DNA from: Camelus ferus
Taxonomy: Eukaryota
Length of the DNA: 64,000 bases
Assembly: GCF_009834535.1 (NCBI RefSeq)
Contig: NC_045701.1
Span: 29,760,001-29,824,000 of the forward strand
Direction of reading: 5' to 3'
Part shown: in pieces, positions 35,141 to 48,787 of the stretch
How the letters are laid out: every line of letters starts with the position of its first letter
Position numbering within the stretch: position 1 is the stretch's first letter
The notes under the pieces: generated by a model
Seen by the model: only the letters and a program-made list of their open reading frames with translations
Database searches by the model: none
Told to the model about the DNA's origin: nothing
Position numbers and translations under genes: made by a program

Positions 35141-38100
35141 CTCCTCTGCCTGCAGATCATAAAGAAACAGAGTTCATTGCTGTTACTATTTCTTCCACCT
35201 AGACCCTGGATGTCCTCCAGCTAAGTGTTTAACACACTGATCACTTCAACTAAAAACAACAGGTTTCCATCCTCACCGATGTCCTGGGTAAATTCTGAAC
35301 ATTTCCTTCATCCAGATTGAAAGCAAACAAACAAACAAACAGAAAAACACTGCGCTCAGAGCTGCACTCTTACTCCCATTCAGCCCTGTGCTTCTACAGC
35401 ACTGATATCCAACTTGGGAGGCAGCATCCTGCCCTTTCTTGGGATTCCTACCTTCTTGAATCATAGGAAAAGTTTCTCAATTGAGATACAGTGTAACTCC
35501 AATTATCAGGAGCTTTGCATTTTGGTGGCTGTACTATGCTTGAGGCTGAACAGCTGTCTTGGGATTACACGCCTTTTCTCCTCATCCACCAACCCAAATG
35601 GTTCACTGAGTATTTACTTGCTACAGTTCCTGTGGAATTTCCAGTTCCTGCCTACTAACTCTCTGCCTTGCTCTCTGTTTCCTTCTATCACCCTCCTCAG
35701 ACCTGGTGTCCTTGTAATGCCCTGACCCAAGCTGTGCCCCAGTTTCCCAACAATAGGTCCACTTGTCACCTAACTTAGAGGTAGTCTCCTAGCTGCATCC
35801 CTGGGTAAGCACCACTCCACTGCCACCCCACGGCTTGTTCATGCAGCTTAACTAACACTATGTGAATCTCAAGTACTGATTATATACTCCCGAACTCCTT
35901 CTTTCCCTCATCCCAGTATGATGCCCAAGGGAGAGCCTTTCAACAAACAATACGTTACAATACAAAATTTGCCAGTATAAATTTTTTAATTAATTATCTT
36001 GACACATTAACATTCTTAGCATAGAAGAGGGGGAAGCAACAGTAAAGCTCCTATAGTCTAAGCCATTCCTTTTAAGAGAAGAAGCTAAAGCTACTGTGGT
36101 TACAACATTTAAGTTTGGAATGAATTTTTATTATTGTTCTGATTGACAAGTCATAGAGGAACGCAGGTTGTACCACTCAGTTTAAACACATAAAGAAGCA
36201 ACACAGTTTTCAACAATGAGCGCTCTCTTTTGTGTACTGGAATAACTAAATATAATATTGCTTGTCTAAAATCACCCCTTTACAGAGCTTAGAATTAGAA
36301 TTTTAACCCTGTGCAACTAAAAGCACATTACTTATTTGAAGGAAAATCTGTATGTAACGCTCAGTCTGTTTAGCGCTGTAGGCTCATTCCAGGAAGGACA
36401 TGTGATGATCCCCTGAAGAGTGAAAAGATGACAGTATTAAATATTTTTACATGGGTATAATTGCCCATGTATATGTAGTTGTCACTGCCTTTTATTTTTT
36501 TAAATGCTAGTTTTAATATGTATAATATATTAACATGATGGCATACACACTTTATGAATAAATGAGCACAAAATTAAGGCAGAAGGTCAAAAAATATTTT
36601 GTTATGGGTATGAACAGTTTGAAAATTGTCAATCTACAGAAAAATACAACATAGTGTATATTACCTGTAACACAGTGTATATTACGTATAACGTTTAACT
36701 TAATAGCACAATTGTGTTAAGTAAGTTCTGTGGAACATTGGATACAAAGCAGAGTGAAAACCTTTGACAGAAAAAGCTCGTGACTCACTACTCAGGAACG
36801 AAAGCTAGAAAGGGAGAAGTCTGAATGAAAATAGAAGAGGAAAGAAATAGAGAAGCAAAAGAAAAACCCAAAACAATTAAGTGCATATAGTACATTGCTA
36901 TGGTACATATTATAGGAAGCAGTAAACATATCTGCTTTAAGCATCTCTAGAGCTGAGGGGAATGGCTAATACACAGGTCTCCGTGTGTGACTACTGCCAG
37001 CCCCAGACGCACTTTATCAAGTCATATTTTAACATACCAGCATGTACACGCACACAAAGACCAGACACACACACACAGGAAAGTGGGGCCTACTCAAAAC
37101 TGTAAAAGAAAAATATTCTGTAGGCTCTTCCATTAGCTTCTCAGCTCACTTCTTAACTTTTCTCCACTGAGGAGACATTTGTCTCAGCATTCATTCCATC
37201 ATCTGCCTATAAAAATACACCAGGAAACCTAGGGGTGTAAGTGAAAAGCCCCTTCTACTTACTCTTAGCTTTTGTGCATCCCACAAGCTCACTCAGAGTT
37301 GGTTATTGCACGATGTGCCAGTGTTTGATGGTATCTCTGACAGCAGAGGATTTCTGAAGGTTTTCGTGATTGAAGGTTATAGGTTTTTCTACTCTGCCCA
37401 CTTTCCTATCTTCCATCTCTGCTTTTCACTATTACCCAACAGACTGGAGTCCACACTCCCTGACATAGGTGGTCCATTTACTTCCCATGACCTGTTCTGG
37501 TCTATGTACTTTCCTTACCTGTGATTCTGAAATGCTGGTGGGCATAGATCCAGAGACTGTGTATCAGATAAGCATTTCTCAGAAAAACAAATTACAACTC
37601 TGGGGGAAAACCTACCAATTATGGCCCTCTTCTGCATAAAATATACTCTTTTAGCAAAATTTATAGGAAAAGCATTATCAGAAGAGGCTGAAGCAGAAAT
37701 CTAAATTCTCACCACTACATCTCTCATCTTCCTTGCCACTGCTGCTAACTAAGAGGCACCTCTGACTCCAGCAGTGATGGCACAGTAGAGGCTGGGGAAG
37801 GCCAGGGAGACAGGCTCTCTCAACGTCGGGTGGAGACACACACATCCTCAGACAACACTGTGCCTACAAGGACTGCAAACTGTGCTCAGACCAGCTCCTG
37901 GATTCTCGCGTTTAGAGACCCAAGGAGCTCCCTTCCCCAGCTCTTTGAAACATTTCCTCATGCTTCCTCCCTCATTTTCCCTCTTTTCTCTTCTCTCCCC
38001 TTTCATGCATCAACAAGCCTTTGATTTCCCAATTTACTTTTATAAGTTTGATTGCAGTTTCTTTCTCCTGTTAATTTACGGCCTCTCATTTTCCCCTAAT

Positions 38101-41010
38101 CTTCTTTCTCTTTTAATTTTGCTGTCTTTGAATCGCACTCTTCTTCATCATTTTCTCTTCTTTCTCCCTCTCATTTATTCAGGTTCCTTCACTCTGAGAT
38201 GTGTTCCCTCTCTCCACTTGTCCTCAGATTCATTGCTACTCCATTATATCTCATGCTTCTCTTAGAATTATATTTAAAAAAGCACACCTCATTGTTGTTT
38301 CCTTTCAAGCAAGAATGAGCACTGTGTAGCTTCCCACCATCTCCCATTCTAAACATTACATCCACAAAATAAAATTGTATATTTCACTGCAGTACTAAAT
38401 ATTCTCTCTCGAATAGAGAAAATTTTTTCAATTTACCAAATCTGAACCACTCAATTGCTTCTCATTTCCTCGTATTTCTTTTGCATGTAAGTGAACCTGA
38501 TAAAACAAGTTACATTCTAAGAAAAGTAAATCTAATTAGCATAATTCTAATAAAATGACTATAGCTAACAAGGTTTCCAACAGTTTGAGTGCAATGTCTG
38601 TCAGCGTATTGATTGAAGCTTGAAAATTCTTTAAGGGTAAATTAACATGTTTACATATTCTGAAAAATGTAGCTCAGACTGAAACATGATCAAATATTTA
38701 ATTGGTACTGATGCAGATGACTGATTTATAAAGTCACTGCATATATAAAGTGACTGATGTATAAATACACTGAACAAATGTCTAGATCTTCAGCAAGGAA
38801 ACTCCCTCATCAATAAAGTGGAATGGTTAAATTAAATTACCTCTAGATTTCCTGCAAATGTTGTATTTTTTACTCAGTATTAGAATTCTGCCTGGTTTGG
38901 AATCACTGTATCTGATTTGAATACTTTGGCTGAGGAATGCACTAACTACATGGCCTGGGCAAATCACTTAGCTTTCAGAAGTCTGAGTTTTCATTCAAGA
39001 AATAGAATAAAGTATTGACTCTTCCTAACTGACAGGGATGATCTGCGGATCAAATTGTGGTGATGACAGTAACACTAACTCATCAAATAAGTTCAAACCA
39101 AAGCTAATCCTGAAAATATTTAGATGGAAAAGACAGTGCTGATGATCAGACACATCATCACTAGTGCCTTTGTCAGTGTCTTTGAGTGAACCCTGGCTGA
39201 TGGTAGCTGCATAAATCTGAGTGACTAACAGAGAGAAGAAATTGTACAGGTGAAAAAACCCTTCTTGCAAAATTCCGAATGCAGTCAGCTGTTTGTATAC
39301 CAAGTTTTTCTCAGTTTCACAACTCTCTCTCTCCATCAAAGCCCTGTATTGATGAATAATGGAACCATTGGTAACAGAAGAAACTCAAATATGTTGAGTA
39401 TGGAAATTAAGAGATCTGGGGAATGCTCTGAAAAATCATAAAATCGGTGAAGTTTTCCTCTGGAACCTTTAGCCTTCTCTTTTTGCATCTTCCTCCCTTT
39501 CATCTGTCCTTTATAAGGAAAATAAATCATTCATTGCATGCCCCTTGGTTTTCAACCAAATGTCAACTCTATGGAAGCTACTGATAATTTCACTTAATAA
39601 TGGTGATAGAATGAAAGTTTCTGTCCACCATTACACTCATTCTAAACATCAGGAGAAGACAGTAATCTATTGGATACAGGGTAGAAAATGCCACACTACT
39701 GAATTTAGACTTAAACCTCTGGTATTCCTGCTGAAGCTCTGACCTCTATTCCATTGCATTCCAAGGCAGCAGATGAACCAGCAGAATAGTTGCAACATGG
39801 TTTCTATTGTTTTCTTGTTTTTTGTAAATTGAATAGCCCCAGCCCGAGAAATGCAAGTCTGCAGGATTTATGTAACTCTTACAGTGTAGCCATCCCCCTG
39901 ACCCTGGAAACACAAAAACTGACCGTTTCTGTCATTGTACATAAAATATTTGTTCTCACATAGGGAAGCTGAGACTTTGAAATCTCCTCCAACTCTTTAT
40001 GATGCAATTGTGAAATGCTTTGGAGATTTGAGACTACCAGGACCTCACTGAATAGTTCCAAAGGGAGTTATTAGACTCTCAGCTAAATTAGGCAAAGAGA
40101 CATACCAGAGCTTCGTAAAGGACAGATACTTTAGAATGTGTCAGGTAATGCCACACTGCGTTAATCCTGAATTCTAACAGCAAAATTCTATCAGTGAGTG
40201 AGAGAATCCAACCCTATTTGGAGTCCTGTTTCTTAGGTCAAAAGTAAATAGAAGGTTAGGAAAAGTTCATTTACACCTTATGATAAAATTCAAAACGGAA
40301 AAAATGTAAATAAATGCTGAGATTGTTGGTGTACATATCAGGGAGGCAAGCAGGGTCAGGGTGAGGATGAGACAAGTGAGGGTATTGCCTCAGGCATAAA
40401 ATTTACTGTGATACCAAAACCTTAGCAAATAACATTTTAATGCAGTATTTTGAAAATCAACGTAGCAATTATGAATAGAATATCAATTTTTAAAATAAAG
40501 GCATCAACATTACAGATTTTCCTTTTGCCTCAGTTTCCAATATGGCTCCACCTGACTTTTTTACTTATCTTGCCTTTTTTTAATTTAGTATTTATTTTGT
40601 TCATTATGCATATTTTAAATTAAATTTGATTTCATAATATATTTATTAGACCTAGAGAATATTATGCTTAGTGATATAAGACAAAGACAAATACTGCATG
40701 ATATCACTTCTATGTGGAACCTTTAAAAAATAATACAAATAGCACTGTATGAAAAACAGAAAGAGACTCACAGATATACAGAATGAAGTAGTGAGGGAGG
40801 GAGGAGGGAAAGGTCAGATTAGGGGTGGGGGTTAAGAGATACAAACTACTGTGTTTACAATAGATAAGCAACAAGTATATGGGGTATAGCACTGGGAATT
40901 ATAGCTATTATCTTATAATAACTTTTAATGTTGTATAATCTGTAAAAATACTGAATCACTATGCTGTACACCTGAAACTAATAATGTAAGTGAACTATAC
41001 TTCAAAAGAA
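35141..41010. repeat. Segmental duplication unit B (5' flank of copy 2), paralogous to 25008-30899
   Basis: Same match as unit A; includes the same MIR, MITE and L1 insertions. Confidence 0.97.
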
Positions 41011-41095
41011 TTGATCAAAATACTGTTTACCACTAAGTTTTTTTGGCTCCTCCCTTAAATCTTGCCCTCAAGACAAGTTCCTTACTCATCCCTCT
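40351..41095. mobile_element. Palindromic hAT-type MITE (unit B copy) with L1 3' end inserted at about 40649-41010
   Basis: Left arm cagggtcagggtgaggatgagacaagtgagggtattgcctcagg; the right arm resumes after the L1 as ctaagtttttttggctcctcccttaaatcttgccctcaagacaagttccttactcatccctc. Confidence 0.6.
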
Positions 41096-42439
41096 GTCTT
41101 CACCATCATTTTGACCCTGAAATCAAGCAATATGCCACGTTATTAATGAGTATATAAGAATCAGCACATTTCTGGTGATGAAGGCACAGTAGAAAAACTA
41201 TAACTGATGCAAACGAAGACTTTCAAGGCATAATTCTTTTAAGAGATAGGAACTGTTTGGTATAGAATAGGCCATTTCCTCAAGGGAGAGTGACCTCCTA
41301 AACAGGATATGAAAAGAGGTATCATGATCTCAGTATTTGTTGTATATTTACTTTTACTTCACTTAGCTAAAACAAGGATGAGAAAAAATTTTGGTGTTTT
41401 TCATTGAAGATTATTAAAATAAAAATTAATTAAAGACCAGAGCAGCTAAATGCAACTTAATTTTGTTTTTTATATCTGATTCCTGGGGTTTTTTGTTGTG
41501 CTTTAAAGCGAAATCTGAGTTTATGAGTCACGTCACAATTGAAACACTAAACACACATTTTTGTAAGCAAAATACAATTTGTAATCAAATATGTACTTGT
41601 TCTAATCTACTTTCATCTCAAAGACACAGTGTGAGAAGTAGAAAAAGAGAAGAAAAAAGAGAAAAAAAAAAGATATAGAGAAGGTCAGAATTACCAAAAT
41701 ACGGAACAAGAAAACAGGGAAAGGACAGACTCATGGAGACGTAAATGGATAAATGGAAAGACAGTTATATACTGATCCACAGAAATACACATTCCACAAA
41801 TCCACAAGCCACAAAAAGAAGCCAATGCTAAAGTGACCTATGTAGAGGAAAGAGAGAAAGGAAGGGAAAATACACTAGGTTAGTTATGCACTGACATGGA
41901 GCAATAGCCCCATCTTGGAGGAGGCTAGAATTCTGCCACCAAGGACTTTTAAAATGTGATGTTTTTCCATAATTATAAACATAATCTATGTCTTTCCTCC
42001 CTTCCTTACATTCATTCCAATACAGAAGTAAAATTAATCTGAAAATCTAAGCTGGTAGTTAAAATTGAGGGCTTTTTAACCCAGCTAGGAAAGCTTTATC
42101 ATTTCAGACAGATTTGGAATTTAAAAACAAGTGAACAAAAATTTTCAAGAGTGCTCTCCTCAGGTTGACCTGAGACAATATATAGCTAATTTATTGACCA
42201 AAAAAAGCATATACACAAAAATAATTATTACAGTGAAAAGATTATTAGGCAAATAGTGAAAAGCTAAGAATATAATGCTGGCTCTAATCTATAAATGTTA
42301 TGTGGCTTTGGAAAATAACAGAGCCATTGTAAGACTGTTTCCCCCCTAGAAACGGGTATTTTTTTATTTTTTAAAATACCAATTAAGGTACTATTTATCT
42401 CTGTTACTGAATTTTTTGACACTTCCTTAGATTCCGCAT

Positions 42440-42790
42440 CCAATTCAACAAACACTTATTGTCTACCCTGAGCCTGGCAGTATTGTAAGTGTCAGCAAGG
42501 CAGTACAGACAAGACAAACATCCCTTTCCTTTAGAATTTTATATTCAAATGTGGGAATACCAACAATAAATGAGCAGGAAAGAAAACATCAGATAGTAAT
42601 GAGCCTTAGGACGAAAGTATGAGTGTGAGCTGGAGAGAGCCTGGGAAGGAGGTGGCTGTTCTAGGTGAGGTCAGGGAGGGCTTTTCTGAGGAGGTTTCAT
42701 TACACTGAGATCTGAGTGTCTAAAAGAAGCCACTCCGGAAAGAGGCCATCAAAAAGAAAGATCTGGTATGTTGAGGAACAGAAAAGAGGC
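42440..42790 (-). mobile_element. L2 3' fragment
   Basis: attcaacaaacacttattg...gtcagggagggcttttctgaggaggtttcattacactgagatctga. Confidence 0.7.
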
Positions 42791-43929
42791 CAGGGTGCCA
42801 AGAGAGTGAAAAAAATGTATACAGAAAGAAAATTCCTTCCCATCTCTTGTCCCTCATCTGTGTTCCCCATCCACAAACTTCCCCATAGCAAATAGCTATT
42901 GTTCTTTGTGTATCTTCCCGAAAGCGTTATACATGTAATAACAAAAGTCATTATATATTCCTTTGTCCTTGTTAATAAACAAATGTGATAAACATCTAAA
43001 AGTCGGGTTTATTTAAATGAATTTTAATAGCAGCATATAACTCAATACTACACAGGCATTTAAAACATCATATACACATATAGATAAATAAAATATGTGT
43101 GTATGTATAACATACATATTCATGTGTAATATAGGTTCTAGAAAAGTTTTAAAAGAAAGTTAAAAAACAGCATATATATGTCCTTATATTTAAACAAAAA
43201 TGTGCACATAGAAAAATGTGGAAAAATATATTTCTAAATGTTATATACAGTCTCTAACTTTTCTCCTATTTTATATATATATGTATATAAAATCAATTCC
43301 TTTCTACCACAAAGTCAATTGTTAAAATTATTGTTACTGACATAATCACATTAGGTAAAACCTTATATTGGCTCCTATTTTAAATTTTCAAGTTCTGCTT
43401 TCTACAATAAAAAAAATACTATATTCATTTACTTATTTACTTCATACCAGCCATTATTGAAAATCTACCAGAGCAAGTCATTGTGCTAAGAGATGAAATA
43501 CAAAAATTAAAAATACAGGGAAGGCAGAAAATTGTGAATACAGGCATAATTAATTAAAATAATAATGAGATGTTTATAAAAGACCTGTGCTTAGAGTTTG
43601 CTCATAGAGCAAAGAGGAGTGAACACCATATGGGCATTAGAAATAGTTTAAGAAGCAGGAAGCATTATGGCAGAGTCTTGGTTGAAACGTTCATCAGCAG
43701 GTGGTAAAGAGAATGTGCAAAGGGATCGAAGAATCAAACCCCATTCCTGAGCAGAAACAGTAAGAGGCAAGATTGGAATGTGGGTTATTTTTAACAGATT
43801 ATATTTGATTAAGTTTACAATTCATCAAAAGAAATTCAGGAGATACCCATGAGACTGCAGTTTTACACCATATGTAAAGGACAGATCTAGCTGACTTGAT
43901 AAAATTTACAACTTCTCAGCATATTGTTC

Positions 43930-44890
43930 TGTCTTATAGATATACCGCTAGAATTTTTCATCACTTTTCAAAAGTATACTGTTACTCTTACATTTAAAAT
44001 TCAAAACTTATTATGGCATTCAACATAGCAAGTGTTAATCTGGTAGACTTTATTCTGGGATATAAGACAAATTTCAACACATTTTTAAAACTGACTTCAT
44101 AACAAGTATGTTCTTGGACCACAATGGAATTAAACTAGAAGTGAATCAGCAAATACGTAAATATTCAGGAAAAAAAAAAACTCTAACCCATGAGTAAGAA
44201 AGTCAAAGTAGAGATCAGAAAATATTTTTAACTGCATGAAGATGAGAACACAACATATAAAAATATGCAAGATGTACAGAAAGCAGGGCTTAAGGGAAAT
44301 TTGTAGCATCAACTGATTTTTTAAAGAGTTTATAAGAAAGAGTTTAAATTAATAATTTAATCTTCCAATTTAGAAAAAAAAAATGAAATTAAACCCAAAG
44401 AAAGAAGAAATTAAATAATAGAGATAAGGGAAGAAATATATAATTTTTTAAATAGAGAAAAATAAATGAAACCAAAAGCTAATTCCTTGTAAAGAACAAT
44501 AAAATTCATAAAACTTTAGCCAGACTGGTCAGGAAAAAAAGAGAGATTACACAAATTAATAATATCAGGAATTAAAGAGGGGTAATCATTATAGACATTA
44601 CAGAAATTAAAAGAATGTCAAGGGAACATTCTGAGCAATTTCATTCCAATAAATTTGATAACTTAGATTGAATGCACAAGATTCTAAGGATATTAATTAC
44701 CAAAGCTAATTCAAGAAGAAATGGATAACGTGAATAGGTGTATATATATAGTAAAGAAATTTAATTTCTACTTTAAAATCGTCCCACAGAGAAATCTTGT
44801 GACCTAAATGGCTCCCCTGATGAAATCTGCAGACATTCAAGAAATAATCTAATTCAACACAAACTCTTTCAGAAAATAGATTATGAAAGG
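43930..44890 (+). mobile_element. Old L1M ORF2 internal fragment (endonuclease-to-RT region)
   Basis: gaccacaatggaattaaactagaagt; aacacaacatataaaaatatg; aaccaaaagctaattccttg; aaatttgataacttagattgaatg; no open frame. Confidence 0.75.
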
Positions 44891-45898
44891 GAAAAATATC
44901 TCTAAAACCCTCTGTAATTTCCTCTTGTACACAGTAAGTTGTTTAGAAGCATGTGACTTAATCTGCGCTCACATGTACTATTAATTCTCAACCAAAAAAA
45001 ATTTAAACTTCAATTTATGCTTTTGGGTTCTCCCTTTTAGATATGCCTAAATTTCTATATCTCAGTATATAGAATGGTCTCCTACTACATGAACGATTGT
45101 ATAAGTACCTAATTTCCCACTTTAAACCCCATTATGCTTAACTACAGTGATTTATGTAATTTCCAACAGAATCTATAGTACCAAATAACCATTATTATAA
45201 TCAGACTGAAATCAATTGAGGGCAAGTTTTAACATCCAGGGAGGATTTGTAAAAACCCACTAGTAAATATCATGAAGCTCTGAAAAACAATTCAGTAAAA
45301 TTATATCATGACCTTTTTTCCCTAAAACCAATTATGTTTTCTTTCTTATCAGTATAACAACTTTGAGAAGGAAAAAGAAAAAATATATACATATGTATAA
45401 AAGTACATATATACATATATTTCAAGAATTTTCAAACTTTAAAATTGTTGAAAACAGGTCTGCAGCATAACATTTGCCTTTTAATGATGTTTTGCTGCTT
45501 ACTAATCTCTGCCCAGAATCCTGATGTTCTTCTAAACCAAGGAAGAAACAATTGTGGATAAGTCAACTCTCTTGCTTAAAATATTAAGATGAATTCTTAC
45601 TGCAATTAAAATAAAGCAAAACTTCTTATCTCAGCCTAAGAGACTTTAGGAGTTTGACCCTTCAGTTGTGTATAACTTAACTCTTAAATCTCTCACACTT
45701 ACTCATTGTACTCCAGCTGCTCTGGTGTTTCTTTTATGTTCCTTAAACATAGCATGCTAATTCTCTTGTTATGTGTAACTGTCCTGTTGGCTACAGTAGT
45801 ACCTGACAGTGGGAAGGACTCAATGTAAAACAGTATTTGTTAAATGATTGAATGATTTGGAGCCAGATTTCCACTTCTTGTCTTATCATAAGATCCAT

Positions 45899-46825
45899 TC
45901 AGCAGATCACATGCCGACTCAATAGTCTCCTCATGGAGGCTTTCACTTCTTGGTTGCGAAGGGTATAAATCACAGGGTTCATCAAAGGAAAGATTACAGT
46001 GTGGAAAAAGGAAACCACTTTGTCCGCTGGTAAGGCTCTGAAGGGGCGGGTGTAGATAAAGATGGCAGGCCCAAACATGAGAAGTATAATAATGACATGG
46101 GTGGTGCATGTGGACATGGCTTTGTTCTTCCCCTCAGAGGAGGAACCATGTACATGGCAGAGGATGACTGCATAGGAAGACAAAAGCCCCAGAAAGCACA
46201 AGAGGGTGAGCAGGCCACTGTTGAAAACTATCAGGAGCTCTACCACAAAGGTGTCAGTGCAGGCCAGCTTGATGACCTGCGGCACATCACACAAGAAGTT
46301 GTCCAGTCGGTTTGGACCACAGAAGGGCAAGCGGAGGATGAGGGCCACCTGGATAATGGAGTGCACAAATCCCCCAATCCAAGGAGCCAACAGCAAGACA
46401 TGGCAAGCTCTTGGGTTCATGACGGTTGAGTAGTATAAAGGACGACAGATGGCAATGTAGCGGTCAAAGGCCATCACAACTAGGAGAAACCCTTCGCCTG
46501 CTCCAAGGAAGTGCAAGAAAAAGAGCTGAGTGATGCAACCTTTATAAGATATCACCTTCTTCTCAGAGAAGAAATCCGCCAGCATCCTGGGAGCCACAAT
46601 GAAGGAGTAGGATGCATCCAGGAAGGCCAAGTTGCCCAGAAAGAAGTAGAGAGGGGCCGTGAGGCCAGGGTCTGACCTGATGGTGAGGATGATGAGGAAA
46701 TTTCCAGGGAGGATGATGAGGTAGAAAATTAAGATCAGCACAAAGACCAGCAGCTGAATATTTTGAGACTGGGTCAGACCAAGGAGGATGAATTCTGTCA
46801 CGACTGTGCTATTTTCTGTCTCCAT
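45899..46825 (-). CDS. OR4N4: Olfactory receptor OR4N4-like (copy 3, 308 aa from METENST)
   Basis: Intact OR frame; [30 protein letters not shown] and [10 protein letters not shown] match recalled human OR4N4. The ATG at 46870 lies upstream of the conserved splice acceptor and is probably intronic. Confidence 0.88.
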   Translation of the reverse strand: METENSTVVTEFILLGLTQSQNIQLLVFVLILIFYLIILPGNFLIILTIRSDPGLTAPLYFFLGNLAFLDASYSFIVAPRMLADFFSEKKVISYKGCITQLFFLHFLGAGEGFLLVVMAFDRYIAICRPLYYSTVMNPRACHVLLLAPWIGGFVHSIIQVALILRLPFCGPNRLDNFLCDVPQVIKLACTDTFVVELLIVFNSGLLTLLCFLGLLSSYAVILCHVHGSSSEGKNKAMSTCTTHVIIILLMFGPAIFIYTRPFRALPADKVVSFFHTVIFPLMNPVIYTLRNQEVKASMRRLLSRHVIC

Positions 46826-47557
46826 CTCCTCTGCCTGCAGAACATCAGGGAGTAGAGAGTTTACTTCCATGTCTTTATCTAGATCATAGTTTTTCTCAAA
46901 CTAAAAGCAGTGTATTCCACATCTGTGTTACACCATCACTCTCCCACAGACTAAGAAATCTCTTCTAGCGTTTATTCTTCTCTAAGTCCTAAGTGCCAAC
47001 ACCCTGGTCTTGAAGCCACTTTCTTCTGCTTCTGACTTGTACTCCTATTTAACTGCTCTCTCGCACAGGACTCTGCCCTGCCCTGGGTTTGTTTATGATT
47101 TGCTTGAGGAATTTGAAATTTTTTCTGACTGAGAAAAAGCAAACATAGTTATCAAGTTCTTCAAGTGTTTATTTGAATAAGGGGGTGAAGTGGGAATTGA
47201 CAGTGAAAAGGAGTGATAGCTTTTTAAAGTAACAGAAACATTCCATATTTTGATTGTAATGGTTACAAGTCTTTTTTTTTCCCAAAATTTATTGAGCTAG
47301 TAAACTATAGAGAAATTGTCACATCTACTGGATGTAAATTATACCTTAAGAATGTTTCCTTAGAAAGCTTTTTTAAAAAAACCTTTGTTTTACTTGAAAT
47401 ATTTCCTTTTTCTGTATAGGATATTAACCCATCATCTTGATCTAAATAAAACGAATCCTGGTCATTGGAGAATTTGAGGTCTGAGGCTTATCTGTATAAT
47501 GGTCACCAAACTGGCAATGTGCTCAGGCAATGTACATGATTATTTATTGGTATGAAA

Positions 47558-48087
47558 ATTTGGGGCCCCGGGGTAGGACACCCCAAAGTGTGCCCCTATG
47601 GCATACTGATTATTTTGAATTAAAATTACTTAAGAAATGGCCAACAGAAGGGAAACACTCTGACTCTCCTTTCTGTCTCCCTGAAAGCAGGAAAAAATCT
47701 TTCATGTGAAAGGTGCACTCCTTGTACCTGGAGGTAGAAAGACACCTTTATGGCCAGAGATAGGGAATTCGGGCCGAGAAGCCTGTGTAAACAAAACTTC
47801 TTTATTTTTCTACCCCAAGCCCAAACTCCAGTTAAACTCTTCACTAACTGAGCACCCAAAAGCTATTTCTTTGTCCTGTCAATTCCTCGCAAATTTATTG
47901 TTTTTTCGTCTAAGAAATACAAAAGCGCCTGCTTTGGCCACTTGTTTAGGTCCCATTTCTATGAGACTTCCATGACTGCAATTAAAATTTGTTTCTTTTC
48001 TCTGTTAATCTGTCTTGTATCAATTTTATCACTAATCCGGACACAAGAACCCAAAATAGGTAGAGGGGAATTTTCCCCTCCCTGACA
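47558..48087 (+). mobile_element. Solo ERV1 LTR (MER4/MER34-group-like)
   Basis: Starts ttggggcccc...gacaccccaaagtgtg, has a polyA-signal-like attaaa near 47981, and ends ggtagaggggaattttcccctccctgaca, typical of this LTR group. Confidence 0.65.
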
Positions 48088-48720
48088 AGAACAATAGTAG
48101 AATTTCTATATATATGATTATATCTCATTCTTCGAAGTTCTATTTTTGAAAGTGTCACAGTACAATTGAATATAAAAATATACAAATAAAATACATATGT
48201 TGCTCTGCATGCTCAAAAATTGTTTATTGTTAGGATTTAAAAGTTTAAAAACTTGCAGATTTGACTTTTGAACTAGAGGATAATACTGCAGCGTGACATA
48301 GAACAATAAATATCTCACACACTTTTAGTTACATGATACACTTATTTTGAAATAGTGTTGTGGAGCTTGGAGTGTCAAGAGCTGGGAAAGAAGCGTCCAC
48401 TAATTTTAACCATCAGGGGAGACAGAAGGAAAGAGAAGAGAGAGAAAGAAAAAGGAGAAAAACAGTCAAGTCCCAAATCAAGAAACCAAAGAGAGTATTT
48501 ATAATGGCATGTCTATTCAAAACATCCAAGTACCTGATTTTGCATGTCTAACCTAAATAGATTAATTAATACAGATTATTAAAGTGGTACTTTACATCAC
48601 ACAGGCACATACATGTGCATACAAATGCATGGGTGCACATACATGCACACGCACACATTGTTTCCTAAGCAAAACTGAAGCACAAACATTTACAAATGGT
48701 GCAATCCAAATTGCTTTTTT

Positions 48721-48787
48721 CTTCCTTCCTTCTTTCCTTTGTTCCTTCCTTCGTTCCTTCCTCCCTTCCTTCCTTCCTTCCTTCCTT
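48721..48787. repeat. Imperfect (TTCC)n tetranucleotide repeat
   Basis: cttccttccttctttcc...ccttccttccttccttccttcc read directly. Confidence 0.9.

Noticed and set aside
25008-41010. The whole A/B duplication as a false haplotype duplication
   Set aside because: The CDSs differ at many amino acids, the distal blocks are only about 90% identical, and the cores differ. Only the 99% tract remains open to that doubt.
6954-46433. Opposite-strand or shifted-frame ORFs overlapping OR CDSs (e.g. 6954-7337, 15048-15284, 24244-24615, 34412-34621, 46097-46429)
   Set aside because: Shadow ORFs arising from OR codon usage; no recognisable protein motifs.
46826-46870. 15-aa N-terminal extension [15 protein letters not shown] on OR4N copy 3
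   Set aside because: The ATG lies upstream of the ctgcAG acceptor conserved in all three copies, so it is probably intronic.
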